From: a virus
Lineage: Duplodnaviria; Heunggongvirae; Uroviricota; Caudoviricetes
Virus record (IMG/VR): IMGVR_UViG_2778261498_000008
Location: 1-33,311 of that record
Length of the DNA stretch: 33,311 nt
Strand: one strand, 5' to 3'
Shown: one piece after another, positions 26,315 to 33,311 of the stretch
Layout of the letters: every line of letters begins with the position of its first letter
Position numbering within the stretch: position 1 is the first letter of the stretch
Position numbers and translations under genes: made by a program
Notes under the pieces: generated by a model
Seen by the model: the letters and a program-made list of their open reading frames with translations, nothing else
Databases searched by the model: none
What the model was told of the DNA's origin: nothing

Positions 26315-29134
26315 TTAATCTTTATCGTAGAAGCTACTACGTCCGGCACGCTCCCGGCGTTCCATTTCTGCCCTGACAGCCTCGCCAACCAACTTTGCCA
26401 GTTCGCGGGGTGTCTGTGTGACAACGTTATGAAGGTGAACATGAATTTCACCGCCAAATCTGGCTGGCTCCTGGCGGCGTGCATCTCCGCCACCGGATGG
26501 CACAACAGGGCGCCGGATGGCTTCTGCCACCTGTCCTGTCCCTGCGGCAACAACGGGCGGCAACGCCGGGGGTGGTGTAACGGTAACGGCTTGCGGAATG
26601 CTGACTGCCGGTGTGGCTTTACTGAGCCGCTCAACCTGACGTTCACGCCATTCACCACGAACGGCCAGCGCACGGGGCAGGTTCTTAAAGACAATATCGC
26701 CGGGACCGATGCGTTTTTTAGCGTCCTTTGCTTCATTCAGCAGGCCACCGGTGTTATCGGCAATTTTGCCAAGCCTGCGCATGGTTCCGGTATTGCCATC
26801 CGTAAGCGGTTTGTTGTCTTTGGGTTTATCGTCTTTTTTGTCGCCGGGTTTATCTGACGGGGCCGGGCTGGGAGTCCATGGTTTCTGAACCATTTTCTTG
26901 AGAGCAGGATCCCATTCCCACATCACAGGAGCCTTTGAAGCGTCCTCCATTTTTTTTCTCGCCCGCTCCGCTTCATCCGGAAGCACGCCCAGCTTCTCCA
27001 GTATCCATCCCAGCGTATCCAGCAACATTTTCGCAGGCGTCAGCACAAGCTCCAGCGCACCGCCAAGAACCCTGCCGAATACTTCGCCGGCACTGGTGCA
27101 TTGATCCAGTGTTTCCTTGCTGGATTCCATCGGTGACAGCAGTGACATGAACCAGTTAAACACCTGGCTGATACCACTGCCGATCATGTCGAAAATGGGG
27201 CTGAACTGTTCAAAGGTTTCACGCAGCGGGGTCAGCCGCTCCATAATTCCGCTGAACACCCCGGCAAAAAATGCCTTAATCGGGTCCCAGTATTTCCAGA
27301 TAAGAACAGCCGCAGCCACAAGAGCCGCCGCAATCAGGCCCACCGGACTGAACAACGCCCCGAGAGCACCACCCAGCAGGGAGACGGAGCCTGTCACCAT
27401 ACCCCACAGTGCAGGCAGCACCCGGACAACGTTCATGGAGCTGGTCAGAAGAGAAAAGCCCAGACGCAACGTGGCCAGCTTCCCGTAAAGCACGCCGATA
27501 ACCAGCGACAGGGAGCCCACCGTTGCCGTTGTTGCCAGCAGTGCACCGCCTGCGATCAGTAACTGGCGGGTGAGTGCCGGATGTGCCTGCGCCAGCGCTG
27601 TTACCTTTGCGACCACCCGCGTGAGCCACTGTGTGGCAGAACGCAGCGGCCCGTCAACCAGATCGGCAATGCGAATACGCAGCCCTTCCCATGCGCTGCC
27701 AAGTGATTTCAGGTCGCCGTCAAGGTTGTCAGCCATGACCTTTGCCGTGCGCTCTGCTTCACCACGTGCAGCTTCCAGTTCTTTTCTCAGTTTGGGTAAG
27801 GAGCCGTTACCCGCCGCGTCAACGAGGGCCATAAATGATGTGAAGGCCTCTTCCCCGGCGATATCCTTAAAGAACGATACCCGGTCAACTTCCCCGTATT
27901 TGCGGGTGGCTTTATAAAGGTCGGACAGCACATCCTCCATCGGGCGCATTTTGCCGTTCGCATCGGAGACAGATACCCCAAGCTCTTTCAGCGCCTCTGC
28001 TGCTGCCTTTGGAGGTGATGCCAGGCGGGAAAGGCTGGCACGCATCGCCGTCCCTGCATCGCTCCCCCTGATCCCCATATTCGCCAGCACGCCCGCCATC
28101 GCGGCAGCCTGTTCCAGCGATATCCCCAGCTTGCCCGCCACCGGCCCCGCGTATTTCATGGTTTCCCCCAGCGCGCGGAGGTCGGTATTGGTACGGGTGA
28201 ACGCGGCGGTAAGGGTATCGCCGACCCGATCCATCTGGTCAGCAGAAAGACCAAACTGCGTGAGAATATTTGAACCAATATCGGCAGTTTCGCCGAGGTC
28301 CATGCCGCTGGCCGTTGCCATGTTCAGCACACCAGGTAGCGCCGCCTGAATGGCCTCCGGCGTGAAGCCCGCCATGGCAAGAAATGCCTGACCACTGGCG
28401 GCATCGCCTGCGGTGAACTGCGTTTCAGAGCCGAGTTTTAACGCCTGTTCGCGCAGCGCCTTAAACTGCGGGCTGGTTTTGTCGATACGCGTCAGCGCCT
28501 GCACACGCGACATCTCTTTCCCGAACCCGATGGCGGGCTGCAGAAAGCGTCCGGCAGCATAGCCGCCGGCCACAGCGGCACCGACAGCCATCGCGCCGCC
28601 GGTTTTCAGTTTTCCGGCGGTTTCCTGCGCCCGTGAATAACGTTCACGCGCCTGCGTGACACGGGTCAGCGCCTGCCGTTCACGTTCAAGCTGATTGTTG
28701 TATTGTTCGGTGCGCCGGATAGCCTGCTGGATGGTGTTGTCGCTGCCCGTCAGGGAAATGCCATGGCGCTTCAGCTCTGCACCCAGCTCGCGCATTTTTT
28801 CTATTTCACGCGTGCGGGTTTCATTCAGGCGTTCAAGTCGGGTGCTTAACTGCTGCATCAGCTTTTGTTGTTTTTCGCTGAGCACTGTACCCGTGCGTTG
28901 TAACTGATTAAGGGCGTTAAGCTGGCGTCGTGCTTTCACGATGCCCGCATCCGCTTTACTGACAGCGTCACGGGCGCGCTCAAATGAACGCGCCTGACGC
29001 TCGAGATTTTTGATCGCCCCCTGCGTTCGCTGGATGGCGTCACCAAACTGCCCCATCAGGCGGCGGGCGTTTTCGGTAGGCCGGGTCAGCCTGTCAACAG
29101 CACTGAAAGCGACCCGGATATCAAGAGTCTTCAT
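26315..29134 (-). CDS. T: Tail tape measure protein (P2 gpT family)
   Basis: About 940 aa, Ala/Gly-rich with hydrophobic central segments, downstream of E/E'. ATG at 29132-29134 chosen; the track start at 29179 is a TTG. Confidence 0.85.
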   Translation of the reverse strand: MKTLDIRVAFSAVDRLTRPTENARRLMGQFGDAIQRTQGAIKNLERQARSFERARDAVSKADAGIVKARRQLNALNQLQRTGTVLSEKQQKLMQQLSTRLERLNETRTREIEKMRELGAELKRHGISLTGSDNTIQQAIRRTEQYNNQLERERQALTRVTQARERYSRAQETAGKLKTGGAMAVGAAVAGGYAAGRFLQPAIGFGKEMSRVQALTRIDKTSPQFKALREQALKLGSETQFTAGDAASGQAFLAMAGFTPEAIQAALPGVLNMATASGMDLGETADIGSNILTQFGLSADQMDRVGDTLTAAFTRTNTDLRALGETMKYAGPVAGKLGISLEQAAAMAGVLANMGIRGSDAGTAMRASLSRLASPPKAAAEALKELGVSVSDANGKMRPMEDVLSDLYKATRKYGEVDRVSFFKDIAGEEAFTSFMALVDAAGNGSLPKLRKELEAARGEAERTAKVMADNLDGDLKSLGSAWEGLRIRIADLVDGPLRSATQWLTRVVAKVTALAQAHPALTRQLLIAGGALLATTATVGSLSLVIGVLYGKLATLRLGFSLLTSSMNVVRVLPALWGMVTGSVSLLGGALGALFSPVGLIAAALVAAAVLIWKYWDPIKAFFAGVFSGIMERLTPLRETFEQFSPIFDMIGSGISQVFNWFMSLLSPMESSKETLDQCTSAGEVFGRVLGGALELVLTPAKMLLDTLGWILEKLGVLPDEAERARKKMEDASKAPVMWEWDPALKKMVQKPWTPSPAPSDKPGDKKDDKPKDNKPLTDGNTGTMRRLGKIADNTGGLLNEAKDAKKRIGPGDIVFKNLPRALAVRGEWRERQVERLSKATPAVSIPQAVTVTPPPALPPVVAAGTGQVAEAIRRPVVPSGGGDARRQEPARFGGEIHVHLHNVVTQTPRELAKLVGEAVRAEMERRERAGRSSFYDKD

Positions 29135-29659
29135 TGTCGGTATTCCCGCTACGAAGTGCCGCCCGCTCACGCCAGGCAACCACTTCGCCGGGGGACATCA
29201 TGAAGATTTCGGCGGGCGACCAGTTAAAAACAACGGCGATATCTGCCACAAGATCTTCGATGTGCTCAAAGCACACCAGGCTGATTACGCTGCCGTCTCC
29301 TGCGCGCTCTTCCCGCCAGAGTCCGGCTCGCTCATAAAATTTACGGCCACTGCACACAACTGGATAAAGTCGCGTGACGACATTTTTTTAAGCGTCACTT
29401 CATCCAGTCGCGGCGACGTCACGCGGGGCAACAGCGTGAACATGGCATCCGTTTTCAGATTCAGCACGTCAGTCAGTGACAGACCGCGCAGGGAACCAGC
29501 CTGCTCAATCGCCCCGGTGATTTCCACGTACGTGATTTTTTCACCGCCACGCTCAACCGGACGGAGCAGTTTTACGCCACGTTCAGCGGCTGCATCCTCA
29601 CCGGTCGCCACATCATCCGCCACGCTGTTATCACGGGTTTCAGTATCGGTGTTTTTCAT
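29121..29659 (-). CDS. E+E' fusion made by programmed -1 frameshift at an A7 run (plus-strand T7 at 29383-29389)
   Basis: The -1 frame is open from the A7 run to a stop at 29121-29123; in-frame reading is CTT AAA AAA ATG. Matches the conserved chaperone frameshift of P2-like tail operons. Confidence 0.55.
29285..29659 (-). CDS. E: Tail assembly chaperone E (P2 gpE family)
   Basis: 124-aa ORF with AGGAGA SD, between tube and tape-measure genes. Confidence 0.8.
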   Translation of the reverse strand: MKNTDTETRDNSVADDVATGEDAAAERGVKLLRPVERGGEKITYVEITGAIEQAGSLRGLSLTDVLNLKTDAMFTLLPRVTSPRLDEVTLKKMSSRDFIQLCAVAVNFMSEPDSGGKSAQETAA

Positions 29660-29713
29660 GGAGGTCTCCTTTTCAGTCAGAGGCGACGCACTGCGCCGCC
29701 TGCATATTACTTA

Positions 29714-30226
29714 TCAGCCAAGCCCGAGCGCGGAACGGATGCGATCGGGCACAATGTCCCTGCCGTCCTTGCGGTAAATGAAGTTCAGCAGGTCGATTTC
29801 CCAGACCGGACGATCGTCAACGCTCATCTTGTAGTAGGTGTTTTTGATGGTGTACGTGTGCGAGGTGGCTTCCCCCTGTTTGGCCTCCCCCGTATCAATT
29901 TCCGTCACACGTCCGCGCATCTCAACCTCATACAGTTCGCTTTCGTCGTCGGTGTAGTATTCACCGACAAAACGCAGCAGCGTCCCGTCAATGGTTCCGC
30001 CGTATTTGAGAAACAGGGCACGCACGGCGCCGCCCATCACAAAGCTGGCATCAAGTGCAGAATCGTCCAGACCGAGGTCGATACTGACCGCCCCCATCAT
30101 GCCACCGCCACGAAAACTCTCAGTCTTGCGCGTCAGTTTTGGCAAAGTGACAGACGTCACCTTACCCACTTCATTCTCGCCATCCACAAACAGCGTAAAA
30201 AAGCGAAGATTTTTTGGTACAGCCAT
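29714..30226 (-). CDS. FII: Tail tube protein (P2 gpFII family)
   Basis: 170-aa product with VTLPKLTRK and GRVTEIDTGEAKQGE blocks matching gpFII as recalled. Confidence 0.85.
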   Translation of the reverse strand: MAVPKNLRFFTLFVDGENEVGKVTSVTLPKLTRKTESFRGGGMMGAVSIDLGLDDSALDASFVMGGAVRALFLKYGGTIDGTLLRFVGEYYTDDESELYEVEMRGRVTEIDTGEAKQGEATSHTYTIKNTYYKMSVDDRPVWEIDLLNFIYRKDGRDIVPDRIRSALGLG

Positions 30227-31410
30227 TAAGCACCTCCCAGCACCGCAAAGGCAGGGCCAAAGAATTCATCTGTAAACGTCTGGTAAAGCTCCATGTCTTC
30301 CAGTGGCGGAGCGGGCGTGTATTTGTAGCGAATACGCACACGTCCCTGACGTAAATTCGTGGTGCCGTTATCCACCACGTCATACCAGCACTCCGCACCA
30401 ATCAGTTTCCCGGCAGTAACCAGCGAATCCAGTTTTGCCCTGATGGCGCTGATAACATCCTTCACGTTCGCAGGTGTCAGTGGACTGTCGATGGTTTCAA
30501 ACTGCGCTTCCGCAATTGAATCAGCCAGCACCTGTGCGGTTCGGGTATACACCTCAAAGATGTAGGCGTTCGTTTCCGGTGTGCGGTTGCCCCAGAAGCG
30601 GAACCCGTTGCGACGAATAATGGTCGTGATTTCTTTGTTGTTGAGGCTGTTGGCATCGCTGTCTTCGGCCTGCAACGACCAGAACACATGCCTGGACATC
30701 CCCAGCACATTTTTAACCGGAACGTTGGACAGCGATTTGTGCCAGCCCTGTTCATGGTCAATGTACGCACGAAGGCCGCACGCATAGGCAGGCGCGGGGA
30801 ACGTTTCGTTTTCGCCACTTTTCGGGTTGTAGGCGATGAAGTCCGGCCATAAGAGCATCACTTCACGTTCGTTGAATTTCTGGCGGTAGGTAATCGCTTC
30901 AGCCATCGTGTTACAGCCGTGACATGAGGCATACACAAATGCGCGCAGTTTACCCGCAATCACGCACAGGGATTTTGTCACCGCCTCCGTGTCCAGCTCC
31001 GGCGCGGCCAGAATACGCGGACGGTATCCGATGCTTTCATCCTGCTCTGCAACAAGCAGCGCATACATCCCCGTATAGCTGCCGTCATCCTCAGAACCAC
31101 CGATAACCAGTTGATCCTGCGTCTTTTCGTCTTCTTCTTTGTGTTCAGCCACGCGAACGACGATCACCTTTGTGCTCACCTGGTCTGCGATGGCCTTAAG
31201 CGCACGATAAAGCGTCCCCGTTGTTCCGCATTTTCCCAGCACGTCATTGACGCGGGTCAGCAGTGTGGGCTTGTTCAGCGGGAACAGCTTCGCGTCCGCA
31301 TCATCCGCCGTTGCCACGATACCGATAACGCTGGAATCAACATCGTTAATCGCTGTTACCAGGTCGGTATTTTCCGTAACACGGGCACCATGAAAACGAG
31401 TTTCACTCAT
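30226..31410 (-). CDS. FI: Tail sheath protein (P2 gpFI family)
   Basis: 394-aa product, length and position as gpFI; stop overlaps the FII start. Confidence 0.9.
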   Translation of the reverse strand: MSETRFHGARVTENTDLVTAINDVDSSVIGIVATADDADAKLFPLNKPTLLTRVNDVLGKCGTTGTLYRALKAIADQVSTKVIVVRVAEHKEEDEKTQDQLVIGGSEDDGSYTGMYALLVAEQDESIGYRPRILAAPELDTEAVTKSLCVIAGKLRAFVYASCHGCNTMAEAITYRQKFNEREVMLLWPDFIAYNPKSGENETFPAPAYACGLRAYIDHEQGWHKSLSNVPVKNVLGMSRHVFWSLQAEDSDANSLNNKEITTIIRRNGFRFWGNRTPETNAYIFEVYTRTAQVLADSIAEAQFETIDSPLTPANVKDVISAIRAKLDSLVTAGKLIGAECWYDVVDNGTTNLRQGRVRIRYKYTPAPPLEDMELYQTFTDEFFGPAFAVLGGA

Positions 31411-31567
31411 AGCTTCAGCCCCTTGTATCCGTTAAATGATTCGGCAACAATCATCACCCACCACGCGCGTAATCTCACCCCTGCGCCGTTCTCCCGCCAC
31501 GGCGACAACAAAAAGCAGTAACCCCCTCCGCACGCACATGCGACCATGCCACACAGGGAGGGAGCAG

Positions 31568-32677
31568 ATGACCGACACCACCATGCAATTGCTCAGTCAA
31601 GGCACAGACCCTGTAAAAATGCCGGATTTTGATATTCTCGCGGAGGGTAAAACGCTGTCAGGCGTGGCAGAGCGCCTGATGAGCCTGTCGCTGACCGACA
31701 ACCGGGGATTTGAGGCAGACCAGCTCACCATCACGCTGGATGATGCGGATGGTCAGTTGCAGCTACCGCCACGGGGCGCGCGCCTGAAGGTTCTCATTGG
31801 CTGGAAAGGCGAACCGCTGACAGAAAAAGGCACTTACATTGTTGATGAAATCGCTCACGAAGGACCGCCGGACAGGCTGACTGTTTCGGCCAGAAGCGCA
31901 GATTTTCGGGATGAATTTAACGTTAAACGTGAGGTGTCCTGGCATGATGTGACCGTTGAGCGTGTGGTATCCGCCATCGCTCATCGGTATGGTCTGAAAC
32001 CGCAAATCAGCGAAATGCTGATGGATATCGAAATCGACCACGCCGACCAGACCGAAGAAAGCGACATGTCCTTCCTTACGCGCATGGCGGAAATGCTGGG
32101 CGCAATCACCACGGTAAAAAGCGGCAATCTGTTATTCATCATGCCAGGTGGTGGCGTGAACGCACAGGGCCAGCCGTTGCCCTCGTTCGCCATTACACGC
32201 AGCAGCGGCGATCGCCATCAGTTCCGTATTGCTGACCGCGAGGCTTATACGGGGGTACGCGCCTACTGGCTTGATCTTAATTACGGGAAAAAGAAAAAAG
32301 TCAGCGTAAAACGCCGTAAACCGCCAAAACCCAAAAAGGAGAAAAGCAGCAGCCGTGAAGGTGATTATATGGAAGGCGCGGAAGGCAATGTGTTTGTGTT
32401 ACGCAAGACTTATCAGAACGAGCAGGCAGCAAGACGCGCAGCGGCGGCAAAGTGGCAGCAACTACAACGCGGAGCCGCAGCGTTCTCCATCACGCTGGCG
32501 CGTGGACGTGCAGAACTCTACCCCGAAATGCATGGCACGGTAACAGGATTTAAAAGCGAGATTGATAATCAGGACTGGATTATTGCAAAAGCGGAGCACT
32601 CTATTGATAACAGTGGCTTTACCACGCAGCTTGAGCTTGAAGCAAAAATCCCGGAATGGATAGCAGAAACAGAGTGA
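31568..32677 (+). CDS. D: Tail protein D (P2 gpD family)
   Basis: 369-aa product from ATG 31568 with GGGAGGGAG SD, directly upstream of ogr. Confidence 0.8.
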   Translation: MTDTTMQLLSQGTDPVKMPDFDILAEGKTLSGVAERLMSLSLTDNRGFEADQLTITLDDADGQLQLPPRGARLKVLIGWKGEPLTEKGTYIVDEIAHEGPPDRLTVSARSADFRDEFNVKREVSWHDVTVERVVSAIAHRYGLKPQISEMLMDIEIDHADQTEESDMSFLTRMAEMLGAITTVKSGNLLFIMPGGGVNAQGQPLPSFAITRSSGDRHQFRIADREAYTGVRAYWLDLNYGKKKKVSVKRRKPPKPKKEKSSSREGDYMEGAEGNVFVLRKTYQNEQAARRAAAAKWQQLQRGAAAFSITLARGRAELYPEMHGTVTGFKSEIDNQDWIIAKAEHSIDNSGFTTQLELEAKIPEWIAETE

Positions 32678-32719
32678 GCAACTTAGAATAGCGGCAGCAC
32701 CACGTTAAGGGAGGTCGCT

Positions 32720-32980
32720 ATGTTCCGTTGTCCGCTTTGTGGCGCATCTGCCCGTATCCGCACCAGTCGTCCGGAAAATGATTCAAACACCGTGCGGCAA
32801 AAGTATTACCAGTGTAACAATCTGGAATGCGGCGTATGCTTCTCAACACTGGAAGCTTTCCATAAATTCACATCGAAACATGCCTCCGGCGTTCACTCTT
32901 CAGAAGGTATCCCGTGGCATGAGCTGCCAGCTTCACACAGGGGAAACAATCAGATGAGCTTGCCTTTATCTCAGAATTAA
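32720..32980 (+). CDS. ogr: Late-gene transcriptional activator, Ogr/Delta zinc-finger family
   Basis: MFRCPLCG...YYQCNNLECG has the CxxC...CxxxxC arrangement and matches P2 Ogr as recalled (MFHCPLC...YHQCQNVNC). Carries a C-terminal extension to 86 aa. Confidence 0.8.
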   Translation: MFRCPLCGASARIRTSRPENDSNTVRQKYYQCNNLECGVCFSTLEAFHKFTSKHASGVHSSEGIPWHELPASHRGNNQMSLPLSQN

Positions 32981-33040
32981 CAGGCAGAATTGCCGGAGTA
33001 ACAAAAAAGCGATAGATTACGCGCGGGTGCCTTTCGGCTG

Positions 33041-33304
33041 ATGGTCGGAGGGAATACCCGAAGGCCGGATGTGGAAAGGCCCCGGAAAACATTTCTGTTT
33101 AACCGAGGCCCTAACCGCATTACCTTGACAAGTGAAAGGTTAGCGCCTCTCCGGAAAAGGAGCAAGTGCTATGTCGCAAAAATCGCTTACGGCCATCACG
33201 TTCTGCGTGACGGCAATCCTCATCATCTGGATGCTGCATGGTTCGCTGTGCGAAATACGGATGAGCTTCTGGGGAGCGGAGTTTGCGGCGTTCTTACAGT
33301 GTAA
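33041..33304 (+). CDS. Candidate mok-like overlapping reading frame
   Basis: ORF that starts upstream of the hok-like gene and overlaps it in another frame, ending 7 nt before the hok stop, as in hok/mok/sok loci. The true start is unknown. Confidence 0.35.
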   Translation: MVGGNTRRPDVERPRKTFLFNRGPNRITLTSERLAPLRKRSKCYVAKIAYGHHVLRDGNPHHLDAAWFAVRNTDELLGSGVCGVLTV

Positions 33305-33311
33305 GCAGTAA
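33171..33311 (+). CDS. hok: Hok/Gef-family type I toxin (46 aa)
   Basis: MSQKSLTAITFCVTAILIIWMLHGSLCEIRMSFWGAEFAAFLQCKQ has a single TM helix followed by the SLCEIR and E(F/V)AAF signature of Hok/Gef peptides. The stop codon is the last three bases of the window. Confidence 0.8.
   Translation: MSQKSLTAITFCVTAILIIWMLHGSLCEIRMSFWGAEFAAFLQCKQ

Noticed and set aside
26308-26736. N-terminal extension of the track ORF 25813..26736 (307 aa)
   Set aside because: The extension overlaps the tape-measure gene in another frame; the gpU-like sequence begins at the ATG at 26305-26307, so only 25813..26307 was kept.
26300-26857. 185-aa plus-strand ORF
   Set aside because: Antisense to the 3' end of the tape-measure gene; shadow ORF.
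1-33311. CRISPR arrays, tRNA/rRNA genes, insertion sequences, integrons
   Set aside because: No regularly spaced short repeats with unique spacers, no cloverleaf-capable tRNA-like segments, and no transposase-like ORFs or terminal inverted repeats were seen.

Overview
The window is an almost complete P2-like (Peduovirus-type) temperate prophage, about 33 kb, running from the integrase stop (position 1) to ogr and a hok-like toxin gene at the right edge. All calls rest on reading the translated ORFs and the DNA by eye; no database search was run. Layout: int and C repressor (minus strand), then cox and a run of small early genes, the rolling-circle replication gene A, an accessory block (8.5-11.7 kb), a structured cos-proximal intergenic region, portal Q and terminase P (minus), then capsid, lysis, tail-completion, baseplate and tail-fibre genes (plus), and the sheath/tube/tape-measure block on the minus strand followed by D and ogr (plus). 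The strongest candidates for an undescribed system are in the accessory block that sits where P2 carries tin/old: a ParM/ParR-like partition pair, two proteins I cannot place (174 aa and 197 aa, the latter with a signal-peptide-like N-terminus), and a YafO-family toxin homologue with no YafN-like antitoxin. Other accessory content: a lipoprotein with an SPFH/band-7-like fold plus a small membrane protein in the early operon, a DUF1353-like gene at the Z/fun position, a structure-rich non-coding region at 4.7-5.0 kb, and the hok/mok-like locus. The sheath-to-U tail block is inverted relative to the P2 gene order as I recall it. No tRNA, rRNA, CRISPR array or IS element was seen. attL/attR and the cos cleavage site could not be pinned down.
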